Shown here: positions 1 to 9,144 of the stretch, piece by piece
Position numbering within the stretch: position 1 is the stretch's first letter
Layout of the letters: the number at the start of each line of letters is the position of its first letter
Source: an uncultured bacterium
GTDB taxonomy: Bacteria > Patescibacteriota > Minisyncoccia > UBA6257 > 2-01-FULL-56-20
Reading direction: 5' to 3'
Assembly (NCBI GenBank): GCA_963705915.1
Contig: OY970126.1
Span: 168,306-232,305, forward strand
Length of the DNA stretch: 64,000 bases
Program-made: the position numbers and the translations under genes
The notes under the pieces: generated by a model
Told to the model about the DNA's origin: nothing
Databases searched by the model: none
The model's input: the letters and a program-made list of their open reading frames with translations, nothing else

Positions 1-268
1 TAAGAAAAGAGCTGAGCCCGCTGTTCTTGGCGGCGATTTTAATCTTTTTCCAGATACGCAAAGCCTGGAAATGATTCGAAGCGCCGGGTATCAAGACCTC
101 ATCAAAGAATATAATATTCCGACAACGCGAAATCGCTTGGCGTGGATTTATCCCGAGAAGCATCTGTTTGCCGATTATATTTTTCTTGATCGCCGCATCT
201 TGCTGAAAAGTTTTTCGGTTCCCAACATAGAAATTTCTGACCATTTGCCCCTTATATTGACCATTTAG
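1..268 (+). CDS. Endonuclease/exonuclease/phosphatase (EEP) family protein, C-terminal part (5' end lies outside the window)
   Basis: The frame is open from position 2. It shows the EEP motifs GGDFN and a C-terminal SDHLPL, and ends ...ISDHLPLILTI*. Confidence 0.6.
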   Translation, partial: KKRAEPAVLGGDFNLFPDTQSLEMIRSAGYQDLIKEYNIPTTRNRLAWIYPEKHLFADYIFLDRRILLKSFSVPNIEISDHLPLILTI

Positions 269-328
269 GGGGCCTTTTAAAGGGTAACTATCCCTTGACA
301 ACAAGTACAGGAGGCGTATACTTAGGGT

Positions 329-1138
329 ATGAACAAATACACCATTAAGGATTTCAGAGCGGAGTTCCCGACAGAAAAGTCATGCTTGGACTATATATTC
401 GCCCAAAAGCATCCTGATAAGGTCAAAACCCACTACTACGTGGCTGGCCGGAAATGCTATGCGGATTCAAAGGGCAAACAAATCCACCCTGTCGCAGGAA
501 CGGTCTTTGAGAAGTCCTCGACCCCTTTGACCTTATGGTTCTTTGCGATCTATTTGTTTTCGGTTTCGCGCAACGGGGTTTCGGCTATGGAACTTCAGCG
601 TCAGCTTGGAGTTACGTATAAGTGCGCTTGGAGAATGGCAAAGCAGATTCGGGCTTTAATGACGCAAGGGGACGGCAAGTTCTCCGGCATTGTTGAAGTG
701 GACGAAACCTTTATTGGTGGTCATCATAATCAAGCCAATAAGTTTAAGAAAAAGAGCGTTGTTTTCGGAATTGCTGAACGGGGTGCGAATGACATAAAAG
801 CATTTGTCGTCCGTAGTCGCAAGGGCAGTACGTTGCTCAAAAAGATTAAAGACAACGTGGAAAAGGGTACGCGTATCCATTCGGACGAGTTTGACCCTTA
901 TCATCGGACATGGAACATGGGCTATTCCCATTATTCAGTTAATCACTCACGCAGAGAATACGTGCGGGGCAAAATCCACACTAATACCATCGAGGGCTTC
1001 TGGGGACAGTTTAAGACTTCTTTGCGCGGGACTTACCACGCCGTTTCGAAGAAGTACCTACAGTCTTACGTGAACGAGTTTGCTTTCCGCCGGAACGTAC
1101 GGCCTGCGGTTTTTGCGGCGATGATGGCGAGGATATAG
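329..1138 (+). mobile_element. IS1595-family (ISXO2-like) transposase gene
   Basis: A 269-aa ORF with an N-terminal Cys/His zinc-ribbon region, then the DDE region with EVDETFIGG and ...HTNTIEGFWGQFK typical of IS1595/ISXO2 transposases. The inverted-repeat ends were not confidently delimited. Confidence 0.7.
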
Positions 1139-1235
1139 CGGCTCCGAGGAGCTTGTAAAACTTACCCTTGCTGTTGTCTTTGTCCATAACTAAATTGTAA
1201 CTGATTCTTTGATATAATGAGTAGGCCAATTCTAT

Positions 1236-1309
1236 GGGCCCGTCGTATAGCGGTCTTATTACTGGTGGTTGTCATCCATCGAACTCGGGTTCGAATCCCG
1301 ACGGGTCCA
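1236..1309 (+). tRNA. tRNA-Asp (anticodon GTC)
   Basis: Hand-folded cloverleaf: acceptor GGGCCCG/CGGGTCC (one G-U), anticodon stem GGTGG/CCATC with loop TTGTCAT, T-loop TTCGAAT, discriminator A. No encoded CCA. Confidence 0.8.
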
Positions 1310-1662
1310 CAGTTTGGTCAGTTGAAATAAAACACCTAAATCTGATATAATAGATAACGGATGACAACCCACTTTGGTACATTTCTTTGAGGTTCTCGAG
1401 GACTTTAAGGTTTGTCCATTTCCTTGGATTCCGAGTTCTTTACTCGGACAAGTGTATCAACCAATTACCGCCAGCAATGGCGGTTTTTGGTTTCATTTAT
1501 GCTCTTTATCTTTCCATTCAACCAAGACAAGTGCAATGATCGCCGAGAGTAAAAAAGTTATTATGATCGGATGATTTCGGACTGGAAGCGTAACAGTTAC
1601 AACAAAAGGAATCCATATCAGAACCGTGAAAACTGCCCATCGCTTTAATTCTTGTTTCCAGT

Positions 1663-2175
1663 TCATAGTTTAGAAAATATCACTTTAATTATATCCCATA
1701 CCGATTTTGGATCGCGCACAACAAGACCCCCTACAAATATTAAGATACCATACAACAACCAATGTTCCCTGAAAAGATACTCAAAAAAGTATAGCCATCT
1801 TATAATTTTCCAGCCCTTGGCTAATTTTCTTCCTTCGGAACTAATGACGATATGATTTATAACTACGACTGGAGGAGGGGCGGCGAGAGGGTTGGGAGAA
1901 GTCGGATTAAATAATGTCCCCTCGAAAATATATCCCTTTTCCGCACAATCTTCTAAGCAATCTTCAAAATCCCTTTTTCTATTCGAATTATTTTTTTGGT
2001 AAGAAGTGGTGAGTAAATAAGCAACAAAATCATTCCATCCCACTCCTTGCAAAACTCCATTGTTTCTAACTGGTACCACGACACCTACTTTTGGTTCGTA
2101 CTCATATAAGTACGTTAGTATCGTTTTCTTCATTAACATGATTCTAATTCTAACAAATAATCGGTTACTTGTCAT
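1663..2175 (-). CDS. hypothetical protein in a low-GC patch
   Basis: A 170-aa ORF with no recognisable motifs. It lies in a roughly 40% GC segment (1380-2200) between tRNA-Asp and mraZ. Confidence 0.3.
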   Translation of the reverse strand: MTSNRLFVRIRIMLMKKTILTYLYEYEPKVGVVVPVRNNGVLQGVGWNDFVAYLLTTSYQKNNSNRKRDFEDCLEDCAEKGYIFEGTLFNPTSPNPLAAPPPVVVINHIVISSEGRKLAKGWKIIRWLYFFEYLFREHWLLYGILIFVGGLVVRDPKSVWDIIKVIFSKL

Positions 2176-2289
2176 GAGGGGATAGTGTCCTTTTAAAGTT
2201 GCCTGTGCATATTTAAGGAGGAACGCTCAAAAAAGCCCAATAAAATGGGTCTTTTTGGTTGAAGAACTTCGAAAAGTAACGATATTTGA

Positions 2290-2350
2290 CGCTGTGGCGT
2301 AGTGGTATATAGTGATAGAGAAGTGGGGAATTGTGGATAGAACTGGGGAT
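2290..2350 (+). promoter_or_regulatory. MraZ operator: direct repeats of GTGG(G) spaced 10 bp, upstream of mraZ
   Basis: GTGGGG at 2323, GTGG at 2333 and TGGGG at 2344 are spaced about 10 bp apart. Further GTGG copies sit at 2294 and 2302 with a TATATA -10-like element between them. This matches the known MraZ-box architecture. Confidence 0.5.
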
Positions 2351-2399
2351 AAACCCCCTTTTCTGTGCAGAACTCCGGGCTGGGAGGCCCGACAAAAAC

Positions 2400-2831
2400 A
2401 TGCTACTCGGCGAATACCAACACAATTTAGATACAAAAGGTCGAATGGCGGTTCCGGCAAAATTCCGCGAACAACTTTCGGCTGGCGCCATCATCACACG
2501 CGGAATCGATAACTGCTTGTTTATGTTTGGACACGCCGAGTGGGAAGAGCTCGCGAAAAAGCTGATCGCATTGCCGATCGCGCAGGCGAATGCGCGCGCA
2601 TTCGGACGGCTCATGCTCGCCGGAGCATCTGATGTCGAGCTCGATCACCAAGGACGAATTCTTATTCCTGATTATCTTCGCAAGTACGCCGGTCTTAAAA
2701 AAGAAGTGATCGTGACCGGACTTTATAATCGCGTGGAAATCTGGGACGAAGCGTCATGGAAGTCTTATAAGACCAAGACGGAAAATGCATCGGAAGCAAT
2801 CGCAGAAAAATTGGGCGAGCTAGGGATTTAA
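2400..2831 (+). CDS. mraZ: Transcriptional regulator MraZ
   Basis: MLLGEYQHNLDTKGRMAVPAKFRE... with the duplicated MraZ/SpoVT-AbrB fold. The start is taken at the internal Met of the 2331 ORF. Confidence 0.85.
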   Translation: MLLGEYQHNLDTKGRMAVPAKFREQLSAGAIITRGIDNCLFMFGHAEWEELAKKLIALPIAQANARAFGRLMLAGASDVELDHQGRILIPDYLRKYAGLKKEVIVTGLYNRVEIWDEASWKSYKTKTENASEAIAEKLGELGI

Positions 2832-2860
2832 CCAAGCGCGGCGACCACGCGATCATCGCC

Positions 2861-3745
2861 ATGCACAACCCAGTTCTTTTAAAGGAAGTCATTGAAGCGC
2901 TCAATCCACGACAGGGGAATTTTATGATCGACGGTACCGTTGATGGCGGAGGCCATGCGGCGGCGATCATGCAGAACATTATGCCGGAGGGAAATTTTTT
3001 AGGTGTGGATTGGGACGAGGCGATGATTCGAAAGCGGATCGATGAAAAACAATACGGCGACCGCGAGCAATATGTCTGTGGGAACTACGCTGATTTGCCG
3101 GAAATAATTTCACGGGAACAATTTGGCAAGGCCGACGGATTATTGCTTGATCTTGGATTTTCTTCCGAACAGCTTGAGTCGTCGCATCGAGGATTCAGTT
3201 TTAAAGACGAATTCCGCGATGACCCGTTGCAGATGACCTATGATCCGTCGCGCCGTTCTGTTGCGGAGATTATCCGCGAAGAAACCGAAGAATCACTTGC
3301 CGACATCATCTATCAATTCGGTGGCGAACGACGCTCGCGCGCCATTGCAAAGGCCATCAAGCTTGCAGGTAGAAAGACTCCTATAACGACGACCGGCGAA
3401 CTCGCAGAAGTAATCAGAAAGGTGCTTCCGGGAAATTATGAACATGGGCGCATTGATCCCGCAACCCGCACGTTCCAAGCGCTCAGAATTTATGCAAACG
3501 GCGAACTAGAGAATATCGCAAAAGCGATTGAGAGTTTGCCTGACATTCTAAAATCGGGAGGGCGCGTTACGATTATCAGCTTCCATTCGCTCGAAGATCG
3601 CATCGTAAAGCAAAAGTTCCAAGCGCTCGCCAAGCAGAACACTATAACCATAATTACGAAAAAGCCGATAGCGGCATCGCGTGAGGAGATTGCAGAAAAT
3701 CCTCGCAGCCGCTCGGCAAAACTGCGCGTTGCAAAAATGATATGA
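2861..3745 (+). CDS. rsmH: 16S rRNA (cytosine1402-N4)-methyltransferase RsmH (MraW)
   Basis: N-terminal HNPVLLKEV, the DGTVDGGGHA SAM motif, and the position after mraZ. Confidence 0.9.
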   Translation: MHNPVLLKEVIEALNPRQGNFMIDGTVDGGGHAAAIMQNIMPEGNFLGVDWDEAMIRKRIDEKQYGDREQYVCGNYADLPEIISREQFGKADGLLLDLGFSSEQLESSHRGFSFKDEFRDDPLQMTYDPSRRSVAEIIREETEESLADIIYQFGGERRSRAIAKAIKLAGRKTPITTTGELAEVIRKVLPGNYEHGRIDPATRTFQALRIYANGELENIAKAIESLPDILKSGGRVTIISFHSLEDRIVKQKFQALAKQNTITIITKKPIAASREEIAENPRSRSAKLRVAKMI

Positions 3746-4056
3746 CCTTTATTCAACCCAACAAACCAAAAAGCTTCCTCAATATTATTCTTGTTGCCTT
3801 AGTTGTCACCCTCCTCGCGGGAACATTTTGGCTTGTTGTGGTTTATAATCAAACCGTGAACACCTCGCATAACATTGCGACGGCAAAAGCAGAACTCGAC
3901 ACCATCGGATCCCAAAATACCGCGATCAGCAACCAGATTGTCGCAACGCTCAGCACAAACCAAGCCTCGGCTATCGCAGCCCAGGACGGCCTTGTGCAAG
4001 ACCAATCGCCGCAGTACGTCGCGATTAACAACCAATGGCCTATCGTTTCTCGGTAA
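3742..4056 (+). CDS. Cell division protein FtsL-like (single transmembrane helix plus coiled coil)
   Basis: A 104-aa protein with one N-terminal transmembrane segment and a Q/A-rich coiled coil, sitting between rsmH and ftsI. Confidence 0.5.
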   Translation: MTFIQPNKPKSFLNIILVALVVTLLAGTFWLVVVYNQTVNTSHNIATAKAELDTIGSQNTAISNQIVATLSTNQASAIAAQDGLVQDQSPQYVAINNQWPIVSR

Positions 4057-5675
4057 TTATCGGCAGCGTCATCATCGCGTACGCGGTTCTCATTTTTCAT
4101 CTCTATCAAATCCAGCTTGTGAAAGGCGGCTATTATCTCGCGAAAGCCGACTCTGAATTGGCGTCGGCGCAGGGGAGCGACGGCAACCGAGGCTCAATCT
4201 ACTTCACCGACAACACCGGAGCCGAATTGCCGGCGGCGATTGAGAAGGAATTCCCGATCATCTATGCCGTTCCGTCGTCGATTGCAAATCCTTTGCAAAC
4301 AGCAAATACCTTCGCGCCAATTTTGGGCATGTCAGCCTCGACACTCCAAAAGATTTTTTCAAAACCAAACGACGATTACGAATTGCTGGTCAATAAAGCT
4401 GATCAATCCGTGGCCGACCAGGTTGAGGAAGTAAATGCAAAAGGAGTGTATGCCGACGTCCTGAACGAGCGTTATTATCCGCTTGCGACCGTTGCGTCGC
4501 AAATCCTCGGCTACGTGGGTCCGAACGCTTCAAACAATGGCGAAAGCGGCAAATACGGCCTCGAAGAATACTATAACGATTACCTTGAGGGCGTGGGTTC
4601 AAGTGGACCGTCGACCGCTGGTGGTTCCGATTTGCAATTGACCATTGATCCGAATATCCAGATTGAAGCCGAAAAAGTTTTGGACGATCTTGTGACGGCG
4701 AATGGTGCAAATGGTGGCAGCGTGATGGTGGAAGACCCGCAAACCGGACGAATCCTCGCCATGGGGGCGGATCCGAGTTTCGATCCAAATAACTACGGAG
4801 CCTCGCCGATTGCAAATTTTTTAAATCCAAACGTGCAGGCTGTTTACGAACCTGGGTCGATCATCAAAGTGCTCACGATGGCGGCTGGAATCGATTCCGG
4901 GAAAATAACATCGAGTACAACGTACGATGACAAAGGCTACGTGAACGTTGATGGCGCGCACATCACAAACTATAACCTCACAACCTACGGCACCTACGGT
5001 CCTGGGACAACCATGACCGAAGTGATCGAACACTCTATTAATAGCGGCGCTATTTTTGCTGAAAACCAGACAGGAAATTCAATATTCACGGCATACATGA
5101 AGAAATTCCATCTCGACGAGAAGACTGGCATTGATCTGCCCGGTGAGGTTGCCGGAAACCTCACGCAGCTCAATCCCAAGTCGCCGCAAGTTGATTTTGA
5201 TACGGCGGCCTATGGGCAAGGTATTTCCATGACGCCGATTGAGCTCATGACGGCCGTCGCGTCGCTCGCGAACGGCGGCATTATGATGAGGCCGTATCTG
5301 AATGCTGCGCTATCTCCGGAGCCGCTCGGCCGTTCGGTGAGCACGAGCACGGCGACAGAAGTGACCGAAATGATGACGGCCGCCGTGGACGATGTCGTCG
5401 GCGCGCCAGCGATCAGCGGCTATTCCATTGCAGGAAAAACCGGCAGCGCCTATGTTCCAAATCCAAATGGAGGCGGCTATCTCAATGAACTCGACGACTC
5501 ATATATTGGCTTTGGGCCGACCTCGGATCCAAAGTTCATTGCTTTCATTCGTTTGAACACGTTGCCCGTGACGTCGCTTGCCGCAGAGAGCGTGGTGCCA
5601 GCGTTCAAGGAATTGGCGCAGTATATCATTAATTATTACAACATTCCGCCGGATCGGATTTCCGGAAATCAATAA
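4035..5675 (+). CDS. ftsI: Penicillin-binding protein / peptidoglycan D,D-transpeptidase FtsI
   Basis: An N-terminal transmembrane segment, a PBP dimerisation region and the transpeptidase motifs (candidate SxxK at SIIK, then SxN as SIN and KTG as KTGS). Confidence 0.85.
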   Translation: MAYRFSVIIGSVIIAYAVLIFHLYQIQLVKGGYYLAKADSELASAQGSDGNRGSIYFTDNTGAELPAAIEKEFPIIYAVPSSIANPLQTANTFAPILGMSASTLQKIFSKPNDDYELLVNKADQSVADQVEEVNAKGVYADVLNERYYPLATVASQILGYVGPNASNNGESGKYGLEEYYNDYLEGVGSSGPSTAGGSDLQLTIDPNIQIEAEKVLDDLVTANGANGGSVMVEDPQTGRILAMGADPSFDPNNYGASPIANFLNPNVQAVYEPGSIIKVLTMAAGIDSGKITSSTTYDDKGYVNVDGAHITNYNLTTYGTYGPGTTMTEVIEHSINSGAIFAENQTGNSIFTAYMKKFHLDEKTGIDLPGEVAGNLTQLNPKSPQVDFDTAAYGQGISMTPIELMTAVASLANGGIMMRPYLNAALSPEPLGRSVSTSTATEVTEMMTAAVDDVVGAPAISGYSIAGKTGSAYVPNPNGGGYLNELDDSYIGFGPTSDPKFIAFIRLNTLPVTSLAAESVVPAFKELAQYIINYYNIPPDRISGNQ

Positions 5676-5689
5676 CCTTTGTAATAAAG

Positions 5690-7006
5690 ATGAAAAAGTT
5701 TTTCATAAAAATATTGCGATGGAAATTGCGCCAGCTTGCGCGATTCACGCTCTGGCGTTATCGGCCGGGCATTATTGGCATCACCGGCAGTGCCGGAAAA
5801 ACATCAGCAAAGCTCGCGGTAAAAGCCGTCCTCGAAAAGGGACGGCGCGTTCGCATTTCGGAGGGCAATCTGAACAATGATCTCGGTCTGCCGCTCACGA
5901 TCCTTGGCGATTGGAAATCGAGGGACCTCAAGCTGATTAGTCGTGAGCAACCGCCGGGCACGGCGCGTTTTGCAAAGCTTGGGTTTTGGATGAAAGTCAT
6001 TTTTGGGGCTTGGTGGAGGATTATCTTCAAAACCAGCGACTATCCGGAGATCCTTGTCTTGGAATACGGCGCGGATCGACCTGGAGATATTAAATATTTG
6101 TTAACCATTGCACGGCCGAACGTGAGCATCATCACGGCGATTGGGGATGTGCCGGTGCACGTGGAATTCTATCCCGGACCGCTCGAAGTTGCGCGGGAAA
6201 AAGGGCGGCTCATTGAATATCTGCCGTCCGATGGCTATGCCATTTTGAACGGCGATGACGAAACCGTGCGTAACCTGCAATCGCGCACGCGGGCGCATGT
6301 AATAACGTATGGCTTCAGTCGCGGCGTCGAAGTGCGTGCGTCGAGGTTTGAAAATAAAGTGACGAGCGACGGGGAGCCCGTGGGTATTTCCTTCAAGCTT
6401 GAATATGCGAGCGGTGTCGTTCCGGTTCGCCTTGAAGGCGTTTTCGGTCGTGCCCACGCCTACGCTGCAGCCGCAGCAGCTTCTGTTGGTATAATCTTTG
6501 GCATGAACCTCGTTGCGATTTCAGAGGCGCTCGCAAATTATGAACCCCCCGAATCGCGCATGCAGATTGTGCCCGGCATCAAATACACCTGGGTCATCGA
6601 TGATTCGTACAACGCGAGTCCGCTCGCGATGCAATCAGCACTCGATACATTGCGCGATCTCCCCGCGCGCCGCCGCATCGCCGTTTTAGGCGACATGCTG
6701 GAAGTCGGCAAATATACGATTGAAGTCCATGAACGGATGGGCAAACTCGCCGCCGAATCAGCCGATGCGCTCTTCACCGTTGGCCCGCGCGCAAAGTTTA
6801 TCGCAGAAACTGCACTCAATGCTCGTATGAAGCGCGACAAAGTCTTTAGTTTTGATACGGCAGACGAAGCGCGTATCCCCGTGCAAAACTTTTTGCGGAA
6901 AGGGGACGTGGTTCTTGTGAAAGGCTCCCACGCGATGGAACTCAGCAAGGTGGTGCAAGAAATTCGGGACCAGACGCCAAAGACAGTTGCCGGACCCGAA
7001 CGGTGA
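5690..7006 (+). CDS. murF: UDP-N-acetylmuramoyl-tripeptide--D-alanyl-D-alanine ligase MurF
   Basis: The Mur ligase P-loop GITGSAGKTS and the MurF-type VIDDSYNASP motif; 438 aa. Confidence 0.75.
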   Translation: MKKFFIKILRWKLRQLARFTLWRYRPGIIGITGSAGKTSAKLAVKAVLEKGRRVRISEGNLNNDLGLPLTILGDWKSRDLKLISREQPPGTARFAKLGFWMKVIFGAWWRIIFKTSDYPEILVLEYGADRPGDIKYLLTIARPNVSIITAIGDVPVHVEFYPGPLEVAREKGRLIEYLPSDGYAILNGDDETVRNLQSRTRAHVITYGFSRGVEVRASRFENKVTSDGEPVGISFKLEYASGVVPVRLEGVFGRAHAYAAAAAASVGIIFGMNLVAISEALANYEPPESRMQIVPGIKYTWVIDDSYNASPLAMQSALDTLRDLPARRRIAVLGDMLEVGKYTIEVHERMGKLAAESADALFTVGPRAKFIAETALNARMKRDKVFSFDTADEARIPVQNFLRKGDVVLVKGSHAMELSKVVQEIRDQTPKTVAGPER

Positions 7007-7024
7007 GGCTATAATCTTTCGGAC

Positions 7025-7099
7025 GCCGCTATCGTCTAGCCCGGTCCAGGACGTTGCCCTCTCACGGCAAAAACACCGGTTCAAATCCGGTTAGCGGTA
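7025..7099 (+). tRNA. tRNA-Glu (anticodon CTC)
   Basis: Acceptor GCCGCTA/TAGCGGT, D-arm TCGTCTAG, anticodon loop CTCTCAC, T-arm ACCGG-TTCAAAT-CCGGT. No encoded CCA. Confidence 0.8.
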
Positions 7100-7102
7100 C
7101 GA

Positions 7103-8668
7103 CTACTGAATATAAAAAATGTTACTCGATGGCGTTCCCACCGGAATGGTGCTCGTTTGGCCAGGCAATAAATATTGAATGTTGTGTTCCTCTTGCCCTT
7201 GCACGGTGAATGAGTCAGTAATGAACATCGTGGTCTCCGCGGGAACGGGGATACCGCGCGCGAGAACGCCGCCGGCGGTTACGACCACGTATTTCGGTAT
7301 GTTTGTTGGAAGCGCGTTGATCTCACGCCCGATTTCGACATAGTTTGCATTGAACGCGCCGGGGACGTTTGGGTTTTGTGCCCACATGATGAAGTAATCA
7401 TAGTAGCCGAAGAACGCGACGACGATCAGGAAAACAACGCCGAGGAATCTCGCAGCGTTTTTGCTGGCATGGTTACGGACGAGGTTGTAAATCCAAATGC
7501 CGGCAATCGCCGCAAAGATCATGGCGGGCACAACCATAAGAAGCGATCGCAGCGCATGAGGGATGCCTTCGTCCGAAGCGGCAGCGGGAATTGCGGCAAG
7601 AATAAACCACAAAAACGTAAGCCAGAGACCAAAAGAAGAAAGCGATGCAACGTCAAATACGGACGAGGCGGTTGTTGGTGGTCCAGCCGGTGAAACGCCT
7701 CGATTTTTCCGCCGTCGTTTTATGAGTGTGTATATCCCCAAAATAATGCCGAGCAGGAAGAGTATGCCGACGGGCCAGAACAGTTCCGGCGCGCCACTGA
7801 TGTTTTGTCGCCAGTTCGTGTCGCCATGGACATTGAACTCAAGCATCGTCTTCCCAAAGTTGATGGCAAATTCTTTTGCCGGGCTTTGCGCGTTGGTCAC
7901 CGAAATTTCCGATGTGCGGCCAAAGAAGTCAGACGGATTCTTTAAGAAAAAATAGCCGATTGGCGCGGCGACGATAAACGTGAGCAATATAAAAACAGCA
8001 ACGCGCTTCCAAAATCCTGGATTTTTTCTGAAGTATGGAATGAATAATAAAAATAAGAATGGGGTGATGCGATAGGCGATATAGGTGTAAAAACCGAGGC
8101 CGTAGATTATGCCCGCGAGCACGGCGTACATGTACGGCGATATATACCAAGGGGAGGAGGGTGGAGGTTCGTCAGATCTCGGCGATCGTGGCGTGGACCC
8201 TTTCCGTACAGCTCGTATCAAAAGATAAAGCGCCCACGTGAGCAGGAGCGGCGAGAGAATTGCTCTGAACCCTATGCGCGAAAAATTGATGTGCCAAAAC
8301 GACGTCGCAAGGAGGAAGGCGGCGAGCAGACCGATTTCATAACCGAATAATTCTGCAGCCAGCAAATATAATCCGAGGACGGTGAGTACGCCCGCAACTG
8401 CGGCAGGCAATCGGACGACCCAAGGTTCATAAACCGGCCACACTTTCAAAAAGAGCGCGATGATATTGACGTACAATCCTTCGCGACCGTTGTCTTCGGG
8501 ATAGAACACCTGAAAGTGCCCCGTCTGCGCCACCTCGACGGCATTGTTGCCATCCATCGCTTCGTCAGGATAGAGTCCTGGCGGTATGGTTGAGAAATGG
8601 TAGAAGCGCAGGAAGGTTGCTATAATGAGAACACCAACGAGCAGCCAAATGCGTGTGGATTTGCCCAT
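7103..8668 (-). CDS. Polytopic membrane glycosyltransferase, family 39 (ArnT/PMT-like)
   Basis: A 521-aa protein with many transmembrane helices. The N-terminus (FLRFYHFSTIPPGLYPDEAMDG) resembles the GT39 DE-loop. Confidence 0.55.
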   Translation of the reverse strand: MGKSTRIWLLVGVLIIATFLRFYHFSTIPPGLYPDEAMDGNNAVEVAQTGHFQVFYPEDNGREGLYVNIIALFLKVWPVYEPWVVRLPAAVAGVLTVLGLYLLAAELFGYEIGLLAAFLLATSFWHINFSRIGFRAILSPLLLTWALYLLIRAVRKGSTPRSPRSDEPPPSSPWYISPYMYAVLAGIIYGLGFYTYIAYRITPFLFLLFIPYFRKNPGFWKRVAVFILLTFIVAAPIGYFFLKNPSDFFGRTSEISVTNAQSPAKEFAINFGKTMLEFNVHGDTNWRQNISGAPELFWPVGILFLLGIILGIYTLIKRRRKNRGVSPAGPPTTASSVFDVASLSSFGLWLTFLWFILAAIPAAASDEGIPHALRSLLMVVPAMIFAAIAGIWIYNLVRNHASKNAARFLGVVFLIVVAFFGYYDYFIMWAQNPNVPGAFNANYVEIGREINALPTNIPKYVVVTAGGVLARGIPVPAETTMFITDSFTVQGQEEHNIQYLLPGQTSTIPVGTPSSNIFYIQ

Positions 8669-8694
8669 GGATTTATTATAACGAACCCACTATT

Positions 8695-9099
8695 ATGCCG
8701 GACCAAGTTTCTTCTTTTGAACAGACGATCGAATCGGATTTGCGCCAGCTTGCGGCGGAGATCCAGCACAACCGCGAGCAGCCTGAATTCAAAAATGCTG
8801 GCGAGCAGGCCATCGTAAGGGAATCGATCAGGGCGTTTCCGGCACTGAATACCAATAATAATCAAGCGACTCCGGCTGCGCCTGCTCCGTCGCGAGGCGT
8901 CCTGCCGGCCTATGCCGACGCGGCGTCGCCCGAAGTGAAATTAGAAATCGAATATTTGCTTGACGTCGCCTTGAGACAGGGAATCGGCAAGGCTGTCACT
9001 GAATCAAAAAAGTCACCGTACTTTGTGCAAGACGCATTCCATGATGCGCTCGCCGGAAAATTGTATCCGGAACTCCAGAAGCGTGGCATCGTAAAATAA
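8695..9099 (+). CDS. hypothetical protein
   Basis: Internal Met of the 8653 ORF; no motifs. It sits immediately upstream of the 798-aa ATPase gene. Confidence 0.3.
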   Translation: MPDQVSSFEQTIESDLRQLAAEIQHNREQPEFKNAGEQAIVRESIRAFPALNTNNNQATPAAPAPSRGVLPAYADAASPEVKLEIEYLLDVALRQGIGKAVTESKKSPYFVQDAFHDALAGKLYPELQKRGIVK

Positions 9100-9144
9100 A
9101 ATTATAAAGCAGATCAGGCCCGCACGATTTGGTACCATTACTAC

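Noticed and set aside
656-1229. ORFs 656-931(-), 804-1073(+) and 1011-1229(-) overlapping the transposase gene
   Set aside because: Alternate-frame or antisense ORFs inside a well-supported CDS, with no motifs.
2213-2979. Antisense and overlapping ORFs across mraZ and the rsmH 5' end (2213-2614-, 2427-2651-, 2695-2979-)
   Set aside because: They overlap the conserved mraZ and rsmH genes on the opposite strand and are frame artefacts.
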